Of a stretch of DNA of 64,000 nt, positions 26,488 through 39,320 are shown piece after piece (position 1 is the stretch's first letter; each line of letters begins with the position of its first letter). This DNA is from Octopus sinensis (taxonomy: Eukaryota): positions 128,030,001 through 128,094,000 of the forward strand of contig NC_042997.1 in the NCBI RefSeq assembly GCF_006345805.1, in the 5' to 3' direction. Under the pieces are notes generated by a model. The model was not told where the DNA came from. It did not search any database and was given only the letters and a program-made list of their open reading frames with translations. The position numbers and the translations under genes are program-made.

Positions 26488-26604
26488 TTTAGAGAAAAAC
26501 CGCTATTGAACAATTCAATAAAGAAGATGTTATTCACAGCATGTATATATGGTGTGAATAACATCTTTCTTTATTGAATTGCTTAATAGTGGTTTTTCTC
26601 TAAA
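26488..26604. repeat. Fold-back palindrome (~55-bp arms) within (AT)n
   Basis: tttagagaaaaaccgctattgaacaattcaataaagaagatgttattcacagcat / atggtgtgaataacatctttctttattgaattgcttaatagtggtttttctctaaa. Confidence 0.9.
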
Positions 26605-26754
26605 TTATATACATATATTATATATCGTGAAATTTGATTTAAAATTGTTAAATTGAATTTTTGCCTGTAAGTTTTGGAATTATATTCCCTACTGTTATTA
26701 TTATATATACATATATATATATATACACACACATATATACATATACGTACATAT

Positions 26755-27272
26755 GAACTTAGATAAACTTAGATAAGTTTCGACCAAAGATTGGTCCAGG
26801 CCACGTCTAACGTAATTGCACCACCTGATAGGATTATCTAAATCCTTTTTAAGTCAAGTTTTGTGGTATCATGGTCCATTCAAGTAGTGAGTTATTGTTG
26901 AGTGAGTTGTATCCAGGTATAGGTGGCTTATCTAGTATTCCTTGAAGAAATTTGTCCAGACTCCGTTTAAAAGTGATGGGATCCTTTTCCTGTTTTATCA
27001 GTTTTAGAACAATGCTATACAGGGCAGGGCCTATTGAGGAAACGAAACTGTGTCGCAGTGTACCTATATGTTGTGGTCATGAATTGGGCAGGGGACGTAT
27101 GGGCCTGTAGTCCCAGCCTTGGATGAACCTTGAAGCTAATGTTCAGGTCGTTTGGGCAATGCTGGTAGTATATTCTCCACATCGGGCAAATGATGTACCG
27201 CTCGCGGTGGCACTGGAGAGAGCAGAGCTTCAAGGCCTTAAGGCGGTCCCAGTAATCGAGATCAGCCATGCC
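26755..27272 (-). mobile_element. CR1/L2-group LINE 3' end
   Basis: LDYWDRLKALKLCSLQCHRERYII..WRI..CPNDLNISFKVHPRLG; FKRSLDKFLQGILDKPPIPGYNSLNNNSLLEW; 3' hairpin gaccaa-tct-ttggtc and ctaagtttat tail. Confidence 0.8.
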
Positions 27273-27344
27273 CTTATTGTCTATCTATATATGCATGTAT
27301 GTATATCTATACATCCATATATGTATGTATATGTGTGTGTGCGC

Positions 27345-27380
<36 letters not shown>

Positions 27381-27383
<3 letters not shown>

Positions 27384-27590
27384 TGCGTCTTTGTGATTGT
27401 CCCCCAACATCGCTTGACAAGCGATGCTGGTGTGTCTACGTCCCTGTAAATTAGCAGTTCGTCAAAAGAGACCGTTAGAATACGTATTAGGTTTACAAAG
27501 AATAAGTCCTGTGGTCGATTTGCTCGAGTAAAGGCGGTGCTCCAGCATGGCCGCAGTCAGATGACTGAAACAAATAAAAGAATATAAGAA
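27381..27590 (+). mobile_element. SINE-A 3' half
   Basis: cccccaacatcgcttgacaa...ggcggtgctccagcatggccgcagtcagatgactgaaac. Confidence 0.85.
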
Positions 27591-27612
27591 TATAATATAT
27601 ATATTATATATA

Positions 27613-27662
<50 letters not shown>

Positions 27663-28091
27663 CATACATACATACCAAATGGGACAACAAAACATCCAGA
27701 TAGACGATACAAAGAAAACAAGGTAGAGTCATTCGAAGTTTTCTTTCCTCAGTCAAGCACCAGATTATCCTCGTAATTTCGGCTGATTATATTTGAGATT
27801 GCACCAATCTGGCCAGCCCCAAGGAAAAACTAATCTAAGAGCACTAGATTCCTTGGAAGAAAGCAGCGAATGTATACAAAAACAAGGACGGAGAAGGCGG
27901 ACAATGTTACACAAATACAAATACAATAAAAATAATAACAGAACATAACAACAGGTGTCTTTCGACTAAGGAAGAATTGAATTAAGCTGGCGTGTGTGGA
28001 AATGAAGCCCTACGGCAGAGATACAAGGTTTCACAAACACAGGGAAGAATATCGATGATGCACGGACAACGGCCAGAACCAAAAAAAGAAC

Positions 28092-28145
<54 letters not shown>

Positions 28146-28510
28146 TATATAATTATATGTATGTGTGTGTTGTGTGTGTGTGTGTGTGGTGTGTGTATGT
28201 ATGTATGTATATACATGTAACATAGCGGTTCGGCAAAGGATCGATGGAATAAGTATCAGGGTTTTAAAAAATTGGTACTGTGGTTGATTAATTCGTCTAG
28301 TATGGCCGTAGTCCGATGACTGTAAAAAGCAAAAGAGATGTGGCAAATATACTTCACGATGTCGTGTAGCTACAATTTATACCTCGCTCAGAGATTTATT
28401 ATATTCGTGTGTGTATGTATGTATGTACTATATTATATTATAGCAATATATATATATATATATATATAATATATATATATATAGATATATCTATATATAT
28501 ATATATATAT

Positions 28511-28541
<31 letters not shown>

Positions 28542-28616
28542 CATATCATATATTATGTATGTATGTATGTATGTATGTATGTATGTATGTATGAATGTAT
28601 GTATGTATGTATGTAT

Positions 28617-28778
28617 ACGTTGGTCTTCTCTCAGTTTCCGTCTACCAAAAGACCCACAAGGCTTTGGTCGGCCCGAGGCTATAGTTGAAGTCACTTGCCC
28701 AAGGTGTCACGCAGTTGGTCTGAACACGGAATCATGTGGTTGGGAAGCAAGCTTCTTACCACTGCGCCACTCCTGCAC
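28617..28778 (-). mobile_element. SINE-A 5' half
   Basis: cagtttccgtctaccaaa...cacttgcccaaggtgtcacgcag...agcaagcttcttaccac. Confidence 0.8.
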
Positions 28779-28999
28779 CTCTGTATGTGTGTGTGTGTGT
28801 GTATGTGTGTGTGTTGTATGAATGTATGTATGTATTCTGCTAAACTGTATGTGCTACGTAATGTACTTTGTCCTGAATATGCTGTAAATTCTCTGTCTTG
28901 TTCTTTCTTCATATATATATATTATATATATATATATATATATACATTATACATATATATATAATATATACATACATACATACATACATTACATAATAT

Positions 29000-29066
<67 letters not shown>

Positions 29067-30316
29067 ATGCATGTACACACATAATGTAAGTATATATGTA
29101 TGTATATGCATATACAATATATTGCTACGTGTGTGTATAGGTAGATAGATAGATAGGTAGGTATGTAGGTAGGTAGGTAGGTAGGTAATGTAGGTATGTA
29201 GGTAGGTAGGTAGGTAGGTGGGTAGGTAGGTAGGTAGGTTGGTAGGTAGGTAGGTAGGTAGGTAGGTAGGTAGACGTGATTATATACAGACACGCTGGCA
29301 CACACAAACACACACACACATATATATATAACATACGGCATATAGGTATGTGCATATTAATATTACTAGCTGTACAACATATACTTCTCTGTACATGACA
29401 ACTTGAATATTTGTATGTGTATAGCATGATCGCTGTGCCTGTTTGTGCATACGTGTGTTTGGGGTTGTCTGTGTATAGGTTGGTGGATGTGCATGTAATA
29501 CGTAGGTGGATGTACGTATATGCGCGTGTGCCTGTGATCTGTATAAGATGCATATTTATAGCTGCATCCATGCCGACAACACGATAGTGCTGCATCTGTA
29601 TGCACGCGATGCACTGATATTCAACAGATCATGCAACGTGCAATTTCCTCTACAACAACAACAACAACAAGAACAACAACAGCGCCAACCTCATTATCGT
29701 CATAATGCTGTGGACATTTTTCACTTTTTTGTAACATACTTACAGCATGAAATATTGTCAAACCTTGGCCGTCTATTTTCCTACCTTAGTATCTCCCTCT
29801 CTCGAAACATACACAGTTACCTAGCTATATGGTTACCTACCTATCTCACTATCTGTCTACATACATTCACAGTTATCTTCTTCATACCTACCTGTACTAC
29901 CTACGTATACTACCTACCTCAATCGCAACACATTCGCAGTTACATACCTTCTAAACTATTTAGCTATTCTACCGACATACCTATATACCTTTTCTGTTAT
30001 CTTTTATCTGTTCATGTCATTAGACTGCGGCCATGCTGCAGCCCAGCCTTGAAGAATTTTTTTTTCTTTTTTTCGAAGGAATTGACCCCAGTACGTTTTT
30101 TTAAACAATTTAACTTATTCTAGCATCTCTCTTGCCGAACCGCTAAGTGTCGAGATCGTAAACACACCAACACCTGTTGCCAAGAAGTTGTAGGGGGCAA
30201 ACGCAAAGTCACACACACACACATACACACACACATTTAAATACGCTCACATGCATAGACACAGAAGCCGGTAACACACAAACACACACACCACACACAC
30301 ACACACACCACCACAC

Positions 30317-30349
<33 letters not shown>

Positions 30350-30503
30350 TAATATATATATATATATATATATAATTATAGTATATATATATATATTACT
30401 GATAGAAATAGCAAGACAACAAAAAAAGATTGAAAGAGACTCGTATCATGTAAACAAGGACAAACTCGGAGTTTAATCATGGTTACCGAATAATTGTCAC
30501 ATA

Positions 30504-30553
<50 letters not shown>

Positions 30554-30570
30554 TATATATACATAGATAG

Positions 30571-30656
<86 letters not shown>

Positions 30657-30658
<2 letters not shown>

Positions 30659-30838
30659 TCGCTAGCCACTACACATCCTTATTTTCTCTCCTTGTTTCTT
30701 TCTGTGTTCCTTTCTGTGGAAGAGCGTAGGCTCGAAACGTTAAAGACTTTTTCACTTCCTGAACATTATACTAATACATCTGTTTGTTATCTACACCACC
30801 TGTCTTCGCCTTTTGTTTTTTGTGAATTCTCCCCTATA
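30657..30838 (+). mobile_element. Penelope-like terminal-repeat fragment with hammerhead-like motif
   Basis: cttt-ctgtgga-a-gagc-gtag-gctc-gaaac-gtt-aaag (30710-30745). Same family as 55596-55832. Confidence 0.55.
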
Positions 30839-32544
30839 CACACACACACACACACAATATATATATATATATACATACATACATACATACATACATACAC
30901 GCACACACACACACACACACACACATACACGCACACACACACACACACACACACATATGTATATATATATCTCTTTGCTTTACCTTCCCCTCTCTCTCTC
31001 ACCCTTCCTCATCTCTCTCTCAGCCGCTTGTCTTCCTCTATCTCTCTCTCTCTCTCACTCCTCCTCATCTTTGTCACTGCTATCCAAAACTACTTCCTTT
31101 TACATGCGGCTTTCAAACTGTAAAGACACACATCTGTGCTCCCATGCGCTGCTAGAATCTCCTCGTCTAAGCCAAAAAAAGGCCTTTTCGTTTGTTTTTC
31201 TTGTTTATTTTTATTTCTCGTATTGTATTTCTCGTATTGTATTTTTCTTTTATTTCTCGTATTGTATTTTCTTGTACATGTATTTTTATCTTGTATTTTA
31301 TTTTGTAGTTTTATTTGTATCGTTTTTACGTCCTGCTTGTGTTACATTTTTTTCTTGCTTGTGTTTACCCCTCTGCGAGGTAATTTTATTTTAATTCTCT
31401 CGCAGGAAGGATTAGTTTGGCGAGTCGTATCCTGTCTTGCCTTCGAAACACGCTGGAGTCGAACTAGTGACAGCTGATGATAGGGGATTTTTCCTTGTGT
31501 AGTTTGTCATGTACTCTGTTTTTCTGTTGTAAAAAATGGGTTTTCCGTTTTCGTTTCTCGTTGAGTTCTACGTCTCTGTTTTTCTGCTGTAAAAAAAATT
31601 TGTTTTTCTTTTTTTTCGTTTCTCGTTGAGTTCTACGTCTAGTTGTGGTGTCCTGTACTCACGTATATATATTTATATATGCATGTATTTCAATGTAGCT
31701 GTAGGTACGTACATATATGTTTGGTATGTATGCATATATTTTATTTATACACACTATATATATATATATATATCTATTATATATATATATATATATATAT
31801 AATATAGTATGTATTAATTCTTTTCCGGAATTGTATCTCTCGGAGATACAAATAAATAAAGCTATAATTAATATATGTAAGTATTGGGTTGAAAATTCCT
31901 TTAGGCTGGAAAGAGTCGAAGACAGCCTTCGACATTTTTTTCCACAAAAGGATCTTTCAACCCATGCTATGTTTATAGCCTTATAAGTGCTCCAGGATCC
32001 AATTCCAAAAAGGAAATATTTCATGTCCTCTCGGAAGTTTATAAATTCTTATGACGTCAACACACGCACACACACACGCACACACTCACACACAAAGCCA
32101 CATATAGACGCGCGCACGCGAGTACGTGTGTGTGTGTGTATGTATGTATAATTAAACGCTGTAAAATCAATATTTATACGAAAATGTAATTTTTATCTCT
32201 ACTTAACTTTAACGCTCTGTTAGAACGCACAATACAAGTCCATATGACGAACTCTCCTATAGACTTGTGGTACATAAAAGCACTTGTGTTTATATCGCTG
32301 GCGAACGAGAACCACCCGCCACGGCTGCTGGAACTGCTAGATCTTGTGATTTCAGCCTTCTTTGACCTTGTCAATAGCAGTAGTCCGGGTCCAGCTAGAC
32401 ATAACAGCTGATACATACATGCATACATACATACATACATACATACATACATACATACATACATACATACATACATACCTACATACATACATACATACAT
32501 ACATACATACATACGTACATACATACATACATACATACATACAT

Positions 32545-32785
32545 TATGACTTCCCCCTCGTTATCGAGTATGGCCATTGCACGAAGCTTAACTGTTACTG
32601 GTGCTGTGATCGAATGTGACTTTTTAGCCCAGCTAAAGATCTACAATGTCTTGTACAAAATTGGCAACTAAAACCTTTACTGGTAATAGCCGGCTGTAGT
32701 TGTAACTGGGCTTCATGTACCTTTGCATGTCGTTTAAGTCCTTCTGCCGAATTACACTCTCTTCCACATGCCCGACAGATACATA
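32545..32785 (-). mobile_element. Extreme 3' end of an RTE-like LINE with two C2H2 fingers
   Basis: CRACGRECNSAEGLKRHAKVH and FSCQFCTRHCRSLAGLKSHIRSQH*, then a short 3' UTR and (TATG)n. Truncated by a microsatellite at its 5' side. Confidence 0.65.
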
Positions 32786-33101
32786 CATACATGCATACAT
32801 ACATCCTATTTTTGATTGTTGTCGTAGTGTTTTATTAACAACCATGTCCTTGGTAGCGAAGGTGTAAAGAATAGATATATATTATCACCGATTGGTCTCT
32901 TTTTTTTTTGGGGGGGGGCTATTTCTTTGTTTTGTTTGTTTGTATCCTTTTTGCTCACATATGTAATGATCATCTGTAACAGTCAGCACCGACGAACGAA
33001 TGTTTAAGAAGTTTATTCTACATTCATAAGGTTTCCATATCCGATCTCAATGCAAGGTACCACAGAATATTTAGTGACTCATTGATTCAACCTGAGAAAT
33101 A

Positions 33102-34380
33102 TTGGGTTGTCCGGAAATTTCGTGCTGATTTTTAAAGGAAAGAAAAAGGTCAATAAATACTTGCCATTACATTTTTAATCAACCAAATATGAACCATTTT
33201 GTTGCACAATGTGTCTCCATCTTTCCTTTAACTTGAAAATACCCTCTTCCCAGAATCGAGGTAGGTTCACGGCAAAGAATTAATCAAAGTATCTTTTTAC
33301 GTCATCCAAGAAATTGAAATTGTTACCATTAGGACTATTCTGCAGAGACCTGAATAAGTGGAAATCCAAAGGAGCAATATCTGGTGAATACGGAGGGTGG
33401 GGTAACACATCCCAGTCGAGCTGCAGCAATTTTTGTCTTGTTCCCTAAGAAACGTGCGGTCTTACATTATGATGTTGGAAAACAACACCCTTCCTGTTGG
33501 CCAGTTCTGGACGTTTCTCTTGAATTGCTGCTTTTAACTCGTCCAGTTGTGTGCAGTATTTCTCAGAATTAATTGTCTGGTTACTTGGGAGAAGCTCATA
33601 GTACAGAATTCCTTTCCAGTCGCACCAGACACAAAGCAAGACTTTTTTAGGGTGAAGACCCGCTTTTGGGGTGGCTAAGGGTGGCTCATGTCGCTTACTC
33701 CAGGTTTGCTTTCTCTGAACATTTTGGTAGATAATCCATTTCTCATCACCTGTCACAATTTGCTTTAAAAAAAGGCGTGTTTTCATTCCGTTTATAAAGC
33801 GAATCACAAATGGAAATGCGATCCAAAAGGTTCTTCTCACTCAACTCATGTGGTATCCAAACATCGTTGCGATTTGTGTACCCAAGCTTTACCAGGTGCT
33901 CGTGAACGACGGATTTTGATAGGTTGAGGCTTTCTGCCAATTTATGCGATGTGGGTTATTCTCAATTAATGACTTGATTTGGTCACCATCTGTAGTGGAT
34001 GGTCTGCCTGATCGCTCTTTATCAATAAGGCTACAATCTCCAGCTCGGAACCTTGAGAACGACATCTGTACAGTTCTTTCGGATAAAAAAAACATCACCG
34101 TAAACTGCGCATATTTCTTTGGTTGCTTGTGAGGCATTTTTCCCTTTACGGAAAAAGAAAAGCATCAAGTGCCGAAAATGAACTTTCTTATCTTCCAGTT
34201 TAAAGAGTTACAGAATTAACACAGGTTATAGGAACATAAACCTTCTTCCACGAAAAGATAGCTTAAACTGTGCTCTAAATGGAGGTGTAGTCAAATCCTA
34301 TTTTATGGACTCAACCATGTTCTAAAATAAGTCGAAAGGTAAGCTATTATAAATCGACACAAACTTTCCGGACAACCCAA
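33102..34380 (-). mobile_element. Full-length (1279 bp) decayed mariner, mellifera-subfamily-like
   Basis: 30-bp TIRs ttgggttgtccggaaa...gattt flanked by TA at both ends. EDKKVHFRHLML..RKGKNASQ; WIPHEL; IVTGDEKW; HPKKVLLCVW; HPPYSPDIAPLDFHLF. Start codon lost, frameshifts, second catalytic D replaced by H (QHHN). Confidence 0.95.
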
Positions 34381-34753
34381 TACATTAAGGTTACACGTTT
34401 CCATTGGTGTAACTAGAGTGTGTGCAACCCTAGGCTGCCCTTGAGTTTGCTGTCACCCTCGAATCCCCAGACCAATACAGACTTATACAGCGACCCAAAA
34501 GTGCCGCCGCCATAAAAATGTCACTCGGAACCCATCACATACTTATCTCTTCTTCACTTCCAGCTCTCTTAATTTACTGAGTGGATAGTTCCTTTGATGG
34601 AACAACGGATTGGTCATAATCCTAATAGACGGAAGATCAATGAAGAATTATGGAGTTGTGTCAGTTTCTGAAACAAATCGTGTTCAGTCATATTTTGATT
34701 TAAGTCAAGGTGTTACCCATCCCGCTACTCTAAAATATCCCATCTGAAATAAT

Positions 34754-35140
34754 CTTTTACTTGCGGCAGTCATTAGACTGCGACCAAGCTGGAGCAGCGC
34801 CTTTAAGAGTTCAGTCGAACAAATCAACTCCAACACTTATTTTAAAGTTTAGTCCTTATTCTATTCTTTTTCCTGAATCGCTAAGTTACGGAGTCGCAAA
34901 AAATAGAGGAACACCGATTGTCAAGCAATGGGTAAGACAAAAGACATAAATACCATACACACACACACACACACACACATACGACGAGCTTCCGCACAGT
35001 TTTCCGTCTACCAAATCCACTCACCGGGCATTACCTGATTCGGAGCTATAGAAGACTCTTGCTTAATGTGCCCTGCAATGGGACTGAAATCGAAACCACG
35101 TGGTTGTAAACCGAGCTTCTCAACCACACAGCCACGCCCG
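34754..35140 (-). mobile_element. Older SINE-A copy
   Basis: Bipartite layout with (CA)n spacer, diverged. Confidence 0.75.
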
Positions 35141-35195
35141 AATATAATCTGATAAATATATTTGGGGTACACACTGTGTTTGTGAACTCCTTAAA

Positions 35196-35490
35196 GGAAA
35201 GGTAAAGTCGACCTCGGCGGAATTTGAACTCAGAACGTAGCGGCAGACGAAATACCTTTTTTTTTTACTACCCACAAGTGGCTAAACACAGAGAGGACAA
35301 ACAAGGACAGACAAACGGATTAAGTCGATTATATCGACCCCAGTGCGTAACTGGTACTTAATTAATCGACCCCGAAAGGATGAAAGGCAAAGTCGACCTC
35401 GGCGGAATTTGAACTCAGAACTTAAAAACAGACGATATACCACTAAGAATTTCTCCCGGCGTGCTAGCGATTCTGCTAGCTCGCCGCCCT
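35196..35490 (-). mobile_element. SINE-B with an internal ~60-bp segment repeated beyond its tail
   Basis: aaagtcgacctcggcggaatttgaactcagaac..cagacga.atacc occurs at ~35203-35255 and again at ~35389-35441. Confidence 0.85.
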
Positions 35491-36199
35491 GATTTGCCGG
35501 AACATATCAACAATGAATACGTACGCAATGGTTTTGATGTTCGCTATTCTTCATGCACGTGACTATTCTATTTTGGGATTCTACCAATTTTGTTTTGTTA
35601 ACTCGACTACATTTTGTTCCTCTTTATTGTCTATTGTTGTTGTTGTTGTTATCTTTTTGTTCCTTATTTTATTCTTGATTGTTCTGGTTACCAAAACATA
35701 GTTCACGGGGAGATGGTACCTCGAGGACATTCTTTCACAGTTAGCAATGATGTATCTAATGTTTTCCGATTCGGTTTTGTGTACTACATTTGTTGTTAGC
35801 TGATGCTTCTTGTCTTTTTGTTGGTTACTTGATAGGGATTTCATACTCCAGAGTTACACACGTAAATATGCATGCTACTACATATGTGAATGTGTACGAA
35901 TGTATCTATACGTGTGTATATATGCGTGCATGTTTGTATGTAAGAATGTATGCATGTTTTTGTCGAGTGCATGTACGTACGTATGTATTATGTATACATT
36001 TTTGTAAGTGTATGTGATATGTGTATGTATGTATACAGACACGCACACACAAACAGACACTCAAAACACACTGTCATGTTGCGTATGGTACACTTGTATT
36101 TACATATTTTCTAATATACGTATGCATATGTAGTATATATTCATGTCTCTTTTTTAATTTCTACTTATAAAGAAGGACTGGTTTACTAAGAAACAAAGC

Positions 36200-37270
36200 T
36201 CCGTCGTTGAAATTTAGAAAGCAATAAACGGTCTTGTATCTCTCTTATTAGTTTTGAAGGAAGCGTTCACTCCTGCAGGACATCTGAACTCCACAACAGT
36301 GCATAATCTGTTTTCTGTCCTTTACAGCTATATTGACCTGGTGCGTGTTAATTTAGTGTAGGTTTTTTTACAGGTGTGTTCCACTAATATTCTATATATC
36401 GGAACGAAGGAATACATTCAACATGAAGTGCATTTATTAAATCTGTCCCAAAACAGTCTTTACAACAGATGATATTTTACTTTTACTTTTACTCATTTCA
36501 GTCATTTGACTGCGGCCATGCTGGAGCACCGCCTTTAGTCGAGCGAATCGACCCCGGGACTTATTCTTTGTAAGCCCAGTACTTACTCTATCGGTCTCTT
36601 TTTGCCGAACCGCTAAGTTACGGGGACGTAAACACACCAGCATCGGTTGTCAAGCAAACACAGACACACAAATACATACACACACACATATATATACATA
36701 TATACGACAGGCTTCTTTCAGTTTCCGTCTACCAAATCTACTCACAAGGCTTTGGTCGGCGCGGGGCTATAGTAGAAGACACTTGCCCAATATGCCACGC
36801 AGAGGGGCTGAACTCGGAACCATGTGGCTGGTTAGCAAGCTACTTACCACACAGCCACTCCTGCGCCTATATATATTGTATATTATTTTAGCAAAAGCCT
36901 CACGCCACAGAGGAAAGTAATATCTTGTTGACATTTTTGGACAGCTGCTGATCATATGCGTAAAGTCTTCCACATGTAGTTCATATAAATCAGAATTTTC
37001 GGAAGCATCTTGATGGTTTAAGGACTTCGCAGTGTCTTTTGTTTGGGATACTTAGCAGCCATCATCTGCTTTTGGATTACGAAACGGCCACGACTCCAAG
37101 AGAGGCTACACTTCCTGTCGACTGGCATATGGGAACACCATTAGTACAATGTTTCGCTTCCAGGATTTTTTATAAGAGGAGAAAGGATATCGCTTATGAC
37201 CCTTTTAGGAGTTTCATAACTGGTGGAAGGAAAGGAGGAAGTTATCTTCAGATTAGAAATCTGACTCGAA
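36200..37270 (-). mobile_element. Very decayed RLE-type (R2/R4/NeSL group) LINE C-terminus, split by SINE-A
   Basis: IQKQMMAAKY; VEDFTHMISSCPKMSTRYYFPL..AFAKIIYN (zinc-knuckle region); after the SINE, EY*WNTPVK...VNIAVKDRK..QMSC, resembling the W-W-N..PD...E.SCP endonuclease region. Confidence 0.5.
36480..36868 (-). mobile_element. SINE-A, full length, young
   Basis: Close to the window consensus over both halves, with gagtaaaagtaaaagta tail. Confidence 0.9.
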
Positions 37271-37564
37271 ATGTCTACCACTGAACAATAGGAAAGGGTC
37301 ATTTGACAGGCTTCCACGGAGTTTCTCTCAATTGAATTTCACTGATAAGGCTTTGGTCAATGCAAAGCTATAGTTCAAGACATTTACCATAGTAGAGCCT
37401 TGTGGGATTGAACCTGCAAATTAAACTTCTTAACTGCACAGCCATGCTTGTACCTGTGATGTTTGTTCGTTCACTAGTTTTGGTGGCACATGAAACATCT
37501 GCTTTTTCAAGAGTTCTCTCCTATTTCTTTAGATATGTATGTACGAATATTTAGCATGTATGTA

Positions 37565-37640
<76 letters not shown>

Positions 37641-37876
37641 GACCATAAGCATGTGTACTTGTGTTTGCGCTTAGATATATAGGTATAATAGGTATATATC
37701 GTATACATAACGAGAGAAAACTATCCCATAAAAAGACACACACACAGACGCACGCACACACGTATATGACGAGAGGAAAATCACCCAATATATATATATG
37801 CGTGAGTATGTGGACGTGTGTGTGTGTGTGAGAGAGAGAGAGAGAATGTGTGTGTGAGAGAGAGAGAGAGAATGTG

Positions 37877-37907
<31 letters not shown>

Positions 37908-38636
37908 ATGCGTGGGTGTCTGTGCGTGTGTATGATGTGTTATTGATCTCCGATTGCGGAGAAAATTATTTGGCATATTTTGTTATATTGTGAGTTCAAA
38001 TTCTACTGATGTCAACTTTGCTTTTCATTTCTTTTCTTTCAGGGGTCAATAAAATAATTACCAATAAAATATTTAAGACACAACATGTCTCCTCTGAAAA
38101 TAAATGGCTTTGTGCCAGTCTAAGAAGCCATTATGTTATTGATCTCAGGTCTCCTTAAATTCTTTGATCTTTTTATTTTTGTCATCGATTATAAAATGGA
38201 TGGCAGACAAATGTGAAATTTTCGGTCATAGTGAAGATGTGTGAAGTTTGATGGTAGGAAAAAATAATGAAGTACCATATTTGATGGCTTAAAAGATGCA
38301 CGGGCGTATCAGGCGTATCCATATTTCAGCAATGCAAACTCAGGAAAAAAGAAAAACGTTTTGGCGCATTAATACAAATAATATAGGCCCAATATCTTAT
38401 ATAAGACCCCAGGTGAGATTTTTGAGAATTATTTTTTAGGACAAAAAGTAAGTTTTATATGCTATCAAATATGGTAGACAGACAGCGACCGGGGGATATC
38501 ATGTGTCTACAGAGAGTATAAATCTTACCAAACTGAGAGGGTAAAAATTATGGACTCTGCTCTATCCTCTCTGACTACGATATAACAAAAAAAAAAAAAA
38601 GAACTGATGGATTGACAGGATGTCTAATCTGAAACC

Positions 38637-39320
38637 CAGTGGCGTAACTAGATTTTGTGCCGCCCGGGACAGCCTTTGAGCTAGCCCCACTCCCACCTCA
38701 AGACTATACAGGCTTATGCAGCGGACCCTAAAATGCCGCCTTCCTCAAAGCATCACCCTCCTCCTCTTCTTCGTGTCCGCTCCTCCTGAAATCTTATGTC
38801 ACCTGATTAATATCACTTTATTGTGTTATGTTCGCGTAAATTCACTTTCATGTGACATTAAAGTTGGTTGCAAAGCTGTTTAAGAGGGTTACTCGAGTAG
38901 CAGACTCGTTAGAGAATCAATAAAATATTTGATGGTACATTTAGTTACGGCCCTTTATGTTCTGAGTTCAAATCTTGCTGAGGTCGGTTTCTTTTGCTTG
39001 TTCTTCTTTTCGGGTCGATAAAGTATGTGCTAGAAGCCGTTGCGTAGCTGGTGGAAGGTGTTCATTGAAGCAGTCCACCCAGGTGACACTTTGGAGAGTG
39101 GGGGATACGTTTAGATCTGTTGTCGGAACCGTCTTAAGACATGGGCACACCAGGAAGTTGCCCGAGGGTGGGGTGAGTACAGGGTCTATACGGGTACTGA
39201 ATTGCCCAGGGACTCACAACGCAGCTAATGCGGCTCTGTCTGTATAAGGAGGCGGGGATGATTGTTGGGCGGTAAATTCAAGGGCTGTCTCGGGCACCAC
39301 ACATCCTAGCTACACCACCG
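38637..39320. mobile_element. Old TIR element (CAGTGGCGTA-type ends, hAT-like) containing a SINE-B remnant
   Basis: 38637-38679 cagtggcgtaactagattttgtgccgcccgggacagcctttga vs reverse complement of 39278-39320 cggtggtgtagctaggatgtgtggtgcccgagacagcccttga. No TSD seen. Confidence 0.45.

Noticed and set aside
25487-26564. Long ORFs such as [19 protein letters not shown] and LSIYLSIY here and throughout the window
   Set aside because: They are translations of (AT)n, (TATG)n, (CA)n and (TATC)n microsatellites that lack stops by composition.
31440-31487. Type-II hammerhead arrangement (cgaaac...gtc...ctgatga)
   Set aside because: Stems I and III do not pair convincingly.
36790-36868. tRNA gene (A/B boxes)
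   Set aside because: This is a SINE head: it runs directly into the SINE body, has no full cloverleaf and occurs in many diverged copies.
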